NCBI GenBank assembly: GCA_000934665.2
Contig: JYFJ02001138.1
Location: 62,001-89,731, forward strand
From: Catajapyx aquilonaris
Lineage: Eukaryota
Reading direction: 5' to 3'
DNA: 27,731 bases
A model generated the notes under the pieces. That model was not told the DNA's origin. It saw only the letters and a program-made list of their open reading frames with translations, and did no database searches. Below, piece by piece: positions 1 to 11,134 of this stretch (its first letter is position 1; every line of letters starts with the position of its first letter). The translations under genes and the position numbers were made by a program.

Positions 1-103
1 GGGGGCTAACTCGGTTTCCTGCTCAGCCAGATATGATTTTCTGACTGGTCCGAAACTGTGGTTAACAATGTGGAATCTTTTTTTTGTCTTGTCCGCTCTT
101 TAG
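1..103 (+). other. 3' end of the homeobox intron of otx, with splice acceptor
   Basis: Polypyrimidine tract TCTTTTTTTTGTCTTGTCCGCTCTT followed by TAG at 101-103; candidate branch point TTAAC at 62-66. Confidence 0.93.
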
Positions 104-931
104 GTGTGGTTCAAAAATCGGCGTGCCAAATGCAGGCAACAGCAGCAACAACAGCAACAGCAACAGCAACAGACGACGCAGAATGGAGCAGGAAGCACTG
201 TGAGCAAGACAGGAACCAGGACTAAGAAGAGTATTAAGGTGTCCCCGACGACTTCCCCGCAGCCTGTGGTATGCAAGCAGGAACCAGGGACAACCATCAA
301 CAAAGACTCTCCTGTCAGCTACAAGACTCCATCCGCCTCGCCGTCCACCCCGTCCCCACACTCACTGGCGCACCATGGCGCCACCACTGGAAGCAGTTCT
401 GGCAATGGTGGCAGCGGCGGCAGTGGCGGTGGTGGTTCCTCTTCCTCCACTTCTTCGTCCTATTCCAACTACCACCCTTCCAACGGGTCTGGCGGAGCTG
501 GATCTGGCGCCGATTCACCCCATTCGCACCATCCAGCCCATCACTCCTATGGGTCATCCTTTTGGGCACCCACCCTGAGCGATTTGCACGCAGGGGCAGC
601 CAGCTGCATGCAGAGGGCTGCTGGTTACGTGGGCAAAGCCACCCCGCCTAGCTGCTATTCGGCCCAGAGCTATGCCCCGGCTCCTACTTACTACGGCAAC
701 ATGGATTACCTGGCACCACCGCCGCCGCCATCTTCCATGCCCAATGTGCAAGTTAACAACATGGCCGGAGCCTTCAATCACCATCATCACCATCAGATGA
801 CTGCTGCTGGAGGTCACTACATGGCTTCTCCACAGCATTTCGCCGGTGGGCACCGAGGACCGCCCATGTCGTCAGTCATGACTCCCAATGGAGACTGCAT
901 GGAGTACACAGACAAGTATCAAGTGCTATGA
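104..931 (+). CDS. otx: Otx/orthodenticle homeobox transcription factor, terminal coding exon (5'-partial; upstream exons lie outside the window)
   Basis: Begins right after a splice acceptor with GTG=Val (not a start codon): VWFKNRRAKCRQQ is the K50 PRD-class helix 3 diagnostic of Otx. It is followed by polyQ, SFWAP (WSP-motif equivalent, 557-571), SCMQR, YYGNMDYL and the Otx tail DCMEYTDKYQVL* (893-931). The phase-0 intron before homeodomain residue 47 is the conserved PRD-class position. Which paralog (otd1/otd2 etc.) cannot be determined. Confidence 0.96.
   Translation: MWFKNRRAKCRQQQQQQQQQQQQTTQNGAGSTVSKTGTRTKKSIKVSPTTSPQPVVCKQEPGTTINKDSPVSYKTPSASPSTPSPHSLAHHGATTGSSSGNGGSGGSGGGGSSSSTSSSYSNYHPSNGSGGAGSGADSPHSHHPAHHSYGSSFWAPTLSDLHAGAASCMQRAAGYVGKATPPSCYSAQSYAPAPTYYGNMDYLAPPPPPSSMPNVQVNNMAGAFNHHHHHQMTAAGGHYMASPQHFAGGHRGPPMSSVMTPNGDCMEYTDKYQVL
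137..172 (+). repeat. CAA/CAG repeat encoding a 12-residue polyglutamine tract
   Basis: 12 consecutive mixed CAA/CAG codons at the C-terminal end of the homeodomain. Confidence 0.95.
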
Positions 932-1700
932 TGGACACGTGTTCAACAGGTCACGGACGAAGACGAGCGGGATGGACTATCACTTGTATGCTCAACATCC
1001 ACCGTGTGAGTCAAAGTCACGGTTGTGTTACTAGAGATTCCTTACCCTTTGTCCCATCATAGAAAGGAGAGTGTCAAAATATAGAAAGAAATAAGAGAGA
1101 CTAAAAGTGGAACATACAGGGTTGTTTCGGTACTGCACTTGGTTGGGATTTATAATTAAAAAAAGGGAATCATAAATGCACGGGGTCATCGTATCTCCCT
1201 CCTGCACTTGACGTAAATATTGTGACTTTGGATAGGTTTGGCTTTCATTCCTGCACTGCTTTAACGCTAACACACGGGTATATTATTCAGGAATGATTCG
1301 GTAAGATATAGCTCTCGCTCAGATGTACAGGGTGGGAAACATAACGCCGTAATGGCTTGAAATTTCATCGCGTGATACGACGCGATCAATCAGTGCAGTT
1401 TCTATCACATCTTGACATAGCATCCGAAAGGCCTGTATAGGTGGGTAATGTAAGATCTTGGGGTTCACTGCACTCGTATACGTAAAGTATAGAGTACAGA
1501 CATAAATAATTAAAAAAATACGTAGGCCTAATCATATTAAAATTAAGTCCAGTCTTTTGTTAATAATAAGTTATTACACAACCTAATCTTCATTAGCCTA
1601 CAGCAACATCACTTGCTGTAAGACATGGCAATGAATTGACCAGGTTGGGTTGATAACTACCCTAGGATTAAATTTTAAAATAAATTGATTATTGCAAGTT
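932..1700 (+). other. Probable otx 3' UTR (3' end uncertain)
   Basis: Follows the TGA stop and is AT-rich. Candidate poly(A) signals: ATTAAA 1155-1160, AATAAA 1679-1684, and a more distal AATAAA 2948-2953. Confidence 0.5.
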
Positions 1701-2265
1701 GCATTGCTGCTGTCGTGAGTGTATAGAAAATATGATCGCATGTACAGTAATGTGGACGAGCGTCAAGCATTTTTGACATGTGAATGGTGCTGGCCACGTT
1801 ACTTAACTGCACATCTAAATCTGCCCTGCCAAAAACGCAGTAACGGATACTTGGACATGGGTTACATGCAGTGAAAGTTGCAGAGTGTGGCAAGACTCAT
1901 TGTCAGAGCTTTTTGTTGAGATATTGCGGTCGCAAAATCGTAGTAACAAAAATATGATGTGTTTAATTTTCGAGTCACTGGAAAATTGTCTAATATGCAG
2001 GACATTTTAAAACTGTAAAAGAAAGAAGTCATTTCAGTAGTCACGAAGTAACACAGAATGAGAGTAACATCATCCAGCTTTAAGACCATTTTTAGCAGTT
2101 AAAAATATTCAGTTAATGTGTGCAGTGGAAAGTTGGGAACGGACATTAACGCACAGAAGAAACTGAGGTAATTTCAGCACAGGCGTGAAATATACAAAAT
2201 GAAGTTCGAAAAGGTGGGAGGGTAATTATTGGTGGCCGGCCTATACAAAAGTGACAACTATTTGT

Positions 2266-2425
2266 CAAATCTGTTGCGTATCTGTAGTTTTTAAACGCCC
2301 AAATTGTTTTACACCATCTTTTACATTTTAATCGTACAGTATTTTCAAATCTGTTGCGTATCTGTAGTTTTTAAACGCCCAAATTGTTTTACACCATCTT
2401 TTACATTTTAATCGTACAGTATTTT
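2266..2425. repeat. Exact tandem duplication, 2 x 80 bp
   Basis: 2266-2345 and 2346-2425 are identical (CAAATCTGTTGCGTATC...CGTACAGTATTTT). Confidence 0.95.
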
Positions 2426-5400
2426 ACTCCGAGCTTCAATGAACTTATAAAACAATCATTCTTGTGAACAGGTCACTTGTGTTACGGCGCGGCGGTTCCC
2501 GATTTTAGTTGGTTACTGCGTTAAGGACTGTTTCCACTAGGATTACTTTTTGTTCGGCACGAGATGCGTGTCCGAACAATTTTTGTGCCAAAAGGAATTG
2601 TAAACTGTGCAGTTTTTATTGTAGCAAGTGCAACCAGCACGCTATTTGCAACTCAAAAGAAATGTGTCATTTTCCCTCCTTCCCCATTCCCTCATTGGCA
2701 TCAGAAAAGCTTATGGTCAAATGCTGTTCTGGTGTTTGGGGTGGTATCCTGATGGGACAACAGCGTTATACAGAATAGGCCCAGCGGCATGCTTCCATGT
2801 TAGCCGGGCTGAAATGGGTTCCTTTCTCGCCCTGAAATGGGGGGTGAGAGGGGATGTCGCTTCCAAGATGCTGTATTTAAACCTGTATTACATACTTTCA
2901 TCAAGTTTTAAATTGTTTTGAATTGGAATATGTTGAAATATGGCATAAATAAATCCGGCAGTGAGAACTACGGCGATCCGCCATACTGTATTTTACTTTA
3001 GAGAGGGGAAACTTTTTTTTAATATGACCTTTAAGAATCATGGGAATGGGCCACGATTTGCGCTACTTTTTTATAGGTGTGGGTAATATCTGAATTTATC
3101 CATTGTGGAAACAGGCCTTTAAACTCCCTTGGCAGGGCAGAATATTCTCACGCGAGTTACATCGTGCATCTAAGTCTCTGAGACGACCCTATAGTATGTC
3201 TTCAAGAATTTGTAAGTAGCTAAGTGCTTCATTGGTCCTACAACTATCCCTTCTGTTTCTAGTTTTTAGAGTGTGCCAAATAATTGTGATATGTGTATAT
3301 TATTCACTTGTACAAAAAATATATTAGGAGAAAAAATACCCATGAACATCAACAAAAACACCCCGACCTGCGGTAGATTGCTGAGTAGGTTACATTTCTT
3401 TTCCAATGTTGACAAATAATTGGATGCTACTTATCTGTAATCAGTTTTTAAAAAAATTGCGATACCCAACCTCGTGTGCTTTTTTAAATCTTTCTTTAGA
3501 ACTTTTGAGTTACTTACATGGGTATACGTTCCCCTTTCTTTTTTCTGTGACCTTTTTAATGCAATACAGGGTATTTTTGATATCTGGATTGGCTTATTTT
3601 TGCTCCAGTCTTCGTCCACTGCCACTTCTCTTTTGGTTTGAATTCCCCCCTGAAGTCCCCAAGCAGCAGTGCGGCAGGTGCACGAGAGGCTCCTCTAATG
3701 GCCGGCTCCATCAGGAATGGTTCCCCCCCCAACCCATCAAGTCCCTCAAATGTAACCCTATTCCAATTCCACTCAGCACCATCACGAGTATTGTTCCAAT
3801 GACGCCTTTCTGCACTCTAGCCTTACAATCGGGGACTAGGACAAGTGCCCAACAGGGGTCACCGCCACAAAATTGAAATTGTCCCACTTGCTCTAGAAAT
3901 GTGGCCTTCTGTCACATTTAATAAATGTTTTTCAAGTACTGTAATAATGTCGCTTATTGTCATCCAGAAAGAGATAGTGTCCCCTATTTTTGAGGGGGGA
4001 GGAAAGAGGGGCTTTTTTTTCATTTTCGCGCCTGATTAATACAGAGTAGTAAACGAGAGATCCTATTCTATGGATGCAGGAAGGCTTGAAAGAAGTAGAG
4101 AATGGAGGCGTGGAGGAGCGAGGCGCGGTGTCCCAAAAGAGCCCTGCCCAAATTCCTTCCGGGCCAGTGCTCCTCTTGGAAAGTCCCCCTAGCAGTCAAG
4201 GGGCTTGAGTCAGCAGCCCCCGCAGGACCAAAAGGTACAGTACAAGAACCGCAGAACTCGAGCTGTGTTTTTTCTGGGTTCAATCCGGGAGGGAACCGAC
4301 ACACCCGTCACCCTTCTCATCGTGTCGGATGACGAGGTGAGAATCAAGTCTCCAACCCACCAATGGTGTGCATATGGGAAGATTGCTAGGGGCGGGAGAC
4401 ACGTTTTTTTTTTTTTTTAGAAAAAAGAAAATCAATCGCTGCCCAAAATTTCAGTTGGCAAGGGGTCCTCCCCCTTGCAATCTCTCTTTCATAAGAGGTG
4501 CCTAAGTCTAGTGCCAACGCTTCAGTGAGTCTGAAAGGAAGAGAGGCCATCTCCTCCCTAAAGCGAGGTCCTCGTGGCTTCTTTTTCACGCTCCTCACTT
4601 TTACTCCTCTTACTAACTCATTACTACTTAGGTAGTGATCATATTTTTACCCCTGTTCGAATTGGAGTCTGTGTGATCAGTCCACGTGCGACCACTCGAC
4701 AGGCAGCTAAGCCCAGTCAACCGCAAAGAGGGACGCAATATTTGGTATCGACCAATATGACCACGCCTAATTACCTGCATGTACAGGATGCATAATCAGA
4801 GTCTATCATTATCAGAGTAACTGCCATTGAGGAATCCAGCTACAAGGACGCTGAAGAAAAACAGTGTGAATCATGAGCTAGGTGACAATAGGCGTGAGGT
4901 TATGCTGAGTTTGAGTCCCCCCCCCCCCCCCCCCNCATCAGGAGCGAGGTGGAGGAGGTAGGGAGGGAACCTCCCCATCCCAGCCTCCTATATGTGGAGT
5001 CGCCAAACAAGCCGGATGTTATGAGCCCCTTTGCAATTGTATTGTGACTCAATTTTCCAGCCCCCTGCTCTTCCCCCCCGCCTTTCATCACCCCCAACGG
5101 CCCATTCAGAGGAAACAAGGAGGCGGGAGGGAACCAACCCCCAAAAGCCATGCCCAGCCTCGGTTACATTGAGAGCCCTAGGAGCATTATGGGACCAAAT
5201 ACGGACCATCTGCAAGGCTTTTTCCCCAGGCCCCAGGGACCAACAGCCCACCAGGATTATTTCTCCTGCCCAACTGATGTACACGATGGTAAGATCTTAC
5301 AGGTCTGATACAAACATCTTGACGAGGGTAGTCGTCAAACCGTACAGTAATTAGCACTGGGTCAAAGCGAAAGCGTATTTTCGACAAATACAGGTATGGA

Positions 5401-5622
5401 CTTGGGCTTGTGTTTTACAGGCTGGTGCACCTGCATTCAGTTTGGATGCACATCTGGTGAATCTACTAGTTAATTAATGCATCTACAAAGAAACATTTCA
5501 CAGATGCTAAAGGTGATCAGTTCTGCCCACACCTGGCTGCTTTCACTTTCGTAAATCCTGTTTCACACGTGCAGTACACATTGAGACCTACACCAATATT
5601 GCAGTTTCGAGTTATATGATGG

Positions 5623-5780
5623 TGTAGTGAAACCTGTCTGTAACGGACCGTGGATACAGCGCAATGGTACCCTGAGAATGATTCTGTCGCACAGAAACCT
5701 TTTCGGTGGCCACATACAAGTCTAACATACTGTAGTATAAATAGTTACGGCCTTATTATAATAATAACAACTCGAACTGA
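5623..5780 (+). mobile_element. Possible degenerate left end of a pogo/Tigger-like non-autonomous DNA transposon
   Basis: Starts GTAGTGAAACCTGTCTGTAACGG, resembling (from recall) CAGTGAAACCT-type pogo/Tigger termini. No matching right end seen; boundaries approximate. Confidence 0.3.
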
Positions 5781-5907
5781 GAGTAGAATTTCATTGGTGA
5801 CAGTTAAGTTGTCAAACACTCATAAAAATTTGGCGGTACTATACACTGAGCAAAAATGTTTATTACTTTGTCATTTCGCAACATCAGCATGTTTTTCTTT
5901 GCATATA

Positions 5908-6124
5908 CAGGGTGTTCCAAAGTTCGTGGGTCACTTTTATCACTAATATTGCCCGAAGTGGTTATTTTTTGTAGCTTGTTGTACCATATTCTATAGAAAC
6001 TGCTATATTCGACCACATGGGAATAATGAGGCAACTGATTAGAGGCACAACAAGCTACAAAAAATAACCACTTCGGGCAATATTAGTGATTTAAAAAAGT
6101 GACCCACGAATTTGGAACACCCTG
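5908..6124. mobile_element. Tc1/mariner-type MITE, 217 bp, with long TIRs and TA target duplication
   Basis: TA|CAGGGTGTTCCAAAGTTCGTGGGTCACTTTT... and ...AAAAGTGACCCACGAATTTGGAACACCCTG|TA. Near-perfect inverted arms of ~78 bp (5908-5985 and 6044-6124) around a ~58-bp spacer; TA at 5906-5907 and 6125-6126. Confidence 0.92.
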
Positions 6125-6290
6125 TATAAGTTACAGGAAAGAATCATCCACAAAGCCAGCACACCTATTTTTACCTATATTACAGCAAGGAATGAGTAAA
6201 TATGTGCTGGTGACAGTTTCGAAATTTCATCCAGCTCATAGAAAATATTATATTAGGGTGATAAAACAACTCGTAAACAATTCGCAAAAT

Positions 6291-6326
<36 letters not shown>
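6291..6326. repeat. (AAC)12 microsatellite, possibly the tail of a minus-strand SINE
   Basis: Perfect AAC repeat. Confidence 0.95.
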
Positions 6327-6327
<1 letters not shown>

Positions 6328-6500
6328 TACTGGTCACCTCCAAATCTCAAGAACGGACTAGAAATAAATTAGAAATCACCCGGAAACATCTCACGCTCCG
6401 AGCGGATTCGACTAGTCACGAACCCGCACTCACTATTTCATACATGGCGGTCGACCCGACAAAATCACGCCATAACAAGCCACGTCACTGAAGTCGACTC
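6291..6500 (-). mobile_element. Candidate degenerate tRNA-derived SINE with (GTT)n tail
   Basis: Minus strand reads GCGGGTTCG[TGACTAGTCG]AATCCGC, i.e. a T-arm/B box with a 10-bp insertion. A weak A-box-like TGGCTTGTTATGG lies upstream, and the element ends in (GTT)12. No TSD identified. Confidence 0.4.
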
Positions 6501-9500
6501 TAATCTTATCACCCCAACACACCTGAAGTGCGCTGTTTTGTTGGTTGCATACTGCATAGGATAACTATCAAAAATTGCATTGGGATTAGGGCCATAGGTC
6601 GGCCGTCCCATATCGGCCCATATATCGACTTCCAATTATTGGCAATATAATTATAATCAAGATGACAAGCACCTAATTCGTCGGCCAGCTTAGGGACCTA
6701 TCTGCACGTGCTAATAGGTAGTCTCCCATTGCATGATGGATTCATTGTGATCGGATGGCAGATTTGCTGGTTGGCAGCCAGTCTAAAAAGAAGCGATAAC
6801 GTATCCCCCCTCCCTGCCCCACCAGTCCTCCCCCCCCCCCCCCCCCCCNGGGTGCCCTCCCCAACAGCCCTGGGGTCTCCAATCAGTAAAGGGAAAAGCA
6901 GAACACGTGTGTTGTCAGGACAACCGATCTGGCGCCAATTACCTCTTGCTGGCTAATCCGCACAGCCGCTCTGATGTCGATAATGAATTAGCATAGGGCA
7001 AAGGCATTTTAATTAATTACTTTGGGGGTTGTGCATGGTGGGGGTGGTAGGAAGGGCCCAGACTAATCAGCCGACAAGAGATCCAACCAGATCCTCTGGG
7101 AGGGCTGATAAGGGCAAATGAGGCTTCAGGCACGATGTAGTTTATTGGGAATGGTACCTGTCCTCCGCACTTCTTCCAGCTATCATTATCGTGCGATTTG
7201 GCTCGGAGATTAGTGTAATGTGTATCCCCAGCATCTCGGCAGGAGGGCCCCCCCGGATGGTGGCAGGTCACATAAACAATACGGCAGCACCCAACAGCGA
7301 CCAATAATTGGGGTGTGCTGGATGCACGATGATGATGAACGGGTCTCGGGCCGGGAAGACAACACTGACGCATGTTGGACGGGCGTAAAAGCTGGCTGAC
7401 CCCGGCGGAGCACGGTAGCAGTCACGGAGACGACCTCCGACACCTCGTTCCATTAGTTGTGGCCCAAGGTGGGGGGAATTAGAAGCATTCCAGCAGGACG
7501 CCAGCCGCATCTTGAAATGGATTCTCCTGTTTTTTTTTTCTTTTCTTCCAAAGGGTCCCCAGCGGCAGCTACTGGCTCCACGCAAGAATGTGTTTGCACG
7601 TCTTTACCCCCACAGCCTCCAAAGAGTGGCTTGGGCCACTTGCCTGGAATCCCACCGACCATCAATTCATGTCACTCGAATTATTCGGATGCTGCGCCTG
7701 CTCGCTACTGCCCTTTTGCAGCCGGGATTCAGAGAAGGGAGCCATAAGTCTTGTCCCAGCTACCACACCTGCTTCTTCTTCGTCCTCCACATTACCATAT
7801 CTTGACCACTCTGGTCGCTCGCAATTTGGCCTGATTCCAGTAGCTGATGTCTATTGAGGGATATCACAATGGTCCGGCCAGCATCAGTATGCATCTGTGC
7901 AGCATTGCCAATTTAAATCCCCCTCCTCTTATGTTGTCTACCTGAAATTTCGTCGTTGGTGGTCACTGGGCTCTATTGTCGAGTGTGCCATTATCTCCCG
8001 GATCCCGTCCTAATGATATCAGAATCGGGCAAATGAAATCTTGCCTGTTTGATGAGTGGCAAAGGGCCCTATTGTGCCATGCCTCCCTCTGTCATGATAA
8101 TGGGAGGCAAGCAAGTTAATTCCATCTCCTCCTGCCCCCTTTGCCCATCCCCTTCCCCCCCCCCTCTTCCCACTTCCCGCACACCTCTCTTGCCCCATCA
8201 TCCTCCCGACCCATTTCCCTGCAGCTGAAGGGGCTTTGTGGAGGAAACCGCATAAGGGTGGCCCACCTGCCCTATCTCTCTCTTTCGTCCATCACCTAAT
8301 GAGGAGTAAGGGATTCATGCAAAGTAGGGGGAGGGTGAGAAGCAGGTGTGCATATGACTAGCGCATCTCTTTAATGTTATCCGCAGTGATTGACCATGGC
8401 AATCAGATGAAAGGTTGAATGTCTTGCCCTTTACATCATTATCAAATATGTCGTTATGAGCCTGATTGCTGGATAAGTCCGCCAAAACGTAGGAAAGAGT
8501 CGGTCATAAAATAATGAGGTATTTTGCATATGCATGGCCGAATTGTTTAGAAAGAAAATAATATTCGTGGACAATTCTCCACGTGAATTAACACGCATGC
8601 AATTATTGCATTGGCGATTCCAAAGTGATGAATCATGTTAGGTATAACTTCTCAAAAAACTTTTGGGGTCATTTCACACTATTATTTTTCAGTTTGTACT
8701 CTTGCCATTATATTGTTAAACCAGTGGACTGCATCGTATTGCATCACAGCATCTTCAGATATTCAAATAGAACAAAAAATGAGCTGTCTTAACGATAAGC
8801 TTTTTTATAGCTATAATGTAATATATTCATTCATGCAAAGCCTTCTTCGATAGTTTTATTGATGAATGTCAATTAGTTAATCATAGCCTATATTCCTTTG
8901 GTAATACTGACATTGCAACATGGGAAACCATACAATTTCAAAATAATGAAAGTTATACGCAGTAATAATATTAACACTAAGAGTTACGGTATATATGCTA
9001 TAGGGCTATTTATTATAGTGTGTTACAAGTATGATTTTCGTCCTTTCAGTTATCATAAATTTCGCCCAAAGTTATTTTTCTGTGTATAGCTTTTTGCGCC
9101 CTTATTAAGGTACCCAATGATATAGCAGATACTATATACAAGTAGATTCGACCACACCTGGGAATAGTTGGGCACCTTTTTCGGAGCGAAAAAACGCGAA
9201 AAAACGCTCAAAAAAATTACAGGTTCGGACAAAATCTGCGATAACTAAAATTACTCACTACTTGTAATACACTGCATAATGAATGCAAGGTGGTGCTCTG
9301 TCGACAATCCATGAGGGGGAGGAGGCAAGGAAATAAATTATGGCTTGTTTACCCCCATCAACCAGTTTAAAGAGAATAAGCAACAGTCACGACTGTGGTG
9401 AATGCTACGTTTCCAAAATGTTGATTTAGTTTAAATAGGTTGTTATAACAATCATGCCCTCTTTTCCTCCATCACACTTAAACTGCGGACATGAACAGTG

Positions 9501-9705
9501 CACCACCCTTTATAACGGGCTAATTTTATATCATGGACTGTGCTGCATGGTAATAAATTCCTTTTCCAATAGGCTCACCACCCAACATCACGATGCCAAC
9601 TTTGGCGCTCTTCTCTTCCCTAAAGGCACAAATGGACACGGTCATTATTATCCAAATCCATTTAAGATCTAATTGCCGTCAAAATATTACCGGTCAGTTA
9701 TGTAC

Positions 9706-9848
9706 AGTACTATCTGGTTCAATTAGTTCCGACCATTGGTTTTGAAGCAACCCTTCCCACAGGCCCCACGGTGAGGAGGTGTGTGTGTGAAGGGTTGCTT
9801 CAAGACCAGGATAAAGTGGCCGGAACTAATTGAACCCTATATAGTACT
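9706..9848. mobile_element. Short foldback/MITE element
   Basis: Left arm AGTACTATCTGGTTCAATTAGTTCCGACCATTGGTTTTGAAGCAACCCTTC is the imperfect reverse complement (a few indels) of right arm GAAGGGTTGCTTCAAGACCAGGATAAAGTGGCCGGAACTAATTGAACCCTATATAGTACT; TA-rich ends. Confidence 0.8.
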
Positions 9849-11087
9849 TCAGTGACAAAAATGCTACCGGTACTGTATAGTATATATTTGAAACTAAAAT
9901 TATGTGCGCAACGTAATGAGAGCTAAAATGATTTTCATGCCGAATCATTCATCCATCAGCAGTTGACTCATCTTGCAAAGTGAACACAGTTGATTACCTT
10001 ATTGGGGGAGACCCAAGCTGGTTTGATATCAATAGACAACACCCATCCGATTGAGTCGTGTGAGAAAAATGCCAGGAACGTCTTCTGGCAATGGATACGG
10101 AGGCGGAAATGTCTGAGCAGCAGGTGGTCCCTTTTTAAGGTTTTGCCTTCCCCCAAAAATGAAGGGGGTCCCCACGATGACATCTCCTCCTCTTCCTTCT
10201 CACCTCTACCTTTCTATTCTCTCTCTACCTTTTCATCCTACCCACAAATCATGCGCGGCATTTGTTTCATACTCTGCTACCGGAAACTCGGACTTATAAA
10301 AAGACACAATAACGTCCACCTGCATGGATCCCTCTGACTCCACCATCAAAAGAGAGCCAGAGATTCACCTCCCACTCCCCCCCCTCCCTCCCAAACCCTC
10401 CCCTTTTCTTTATGTCCGCTACCGGACCATGATTCACTTGCCCCATACATCCATTCAGGTATAAGGTATAATAGGGAGAGACCCAAATTTTTGCACCTGT
10501 CCACTCTCTCACCCCCTACCGCGAAGTCCAGATAACCCGGAAGATATAAATTGTGCAACTATCATCTCTTTAAATCCTGGAAAAAGTCTGGCTTGGAGGC
10601 ATCAGTTGACAAATACAGCCTGGAGGGGGAAACCGGATTGAAATGCAAAACCCGCAGCCTAATAATCCTATAGGGCTAGAATTAATTGCCGCCATCATCA
10701 CCTGCATTGTCGCAGCTTCAAGTGGAGGACGGGCCTTCATTTTCACGCCGGGGCATCCATCCGTCATCATTATAATAAACTCAGGGGGGGCTAATTGAAT
10801 GTTTGCTGTTTTGCCGCTTCCTGATGATCGATATTAATACGCTTGGCATCACAGGGGGGGATCAAAATCCCAGTATTGCCACACCTTTTCTCTCTTTTTT
10901 TTGGATTTGTCTGAAGGGGACGATTAACGTCGTCTTATTTCTCACCCTATATGGCCTAGGGGCCATGAAAATTAAAGGCGAAATCGGCTGCACCTGCGCC
11001 AGACAGAAACCCCGTCGAGCACTTGGCTTGTGTGTCCAACCCTGATTTATGGACATACACACTTCGAATAGGGAACCAGTCTCCCAC

Positions 11088-11134
11088 AAGAAGAAGAAGA
11101 AGAAGAAGGGGTTCGCTTCTTATAAGAAGAAGAA
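11088..11134. repeat. (AAG)n microsatellite, two blocks
   Basis: (AAG)7 from 11088 and a shorter AAG run near 11123-11134, both followed by G runs. Confidence 0.85.

Noticed and set aside
104..106. Met start given by the ORF track
   Set aside because: The codon is GTG (Val47 of the homeodomain) directly after a splice acceptor, not an initiation codon.
62..853. Overlapping alternative-frame and antisense ORFs (poly-Leu, poly-Cys, etc.)
   Set aside because: Shadows of the otx exon and its CAA/CAG repeat.
932..1700. Nanos/Pumilio response element in the 3' UTR
   Set aside because: GTTGT occurs (1022, 1120) but without the paired ATTGTA box, and I saw no exact TGTAHATA.
3406..3876. 156-aa ORF
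   Set aside because: No recognisable domain; composition follows local T and C tracts.
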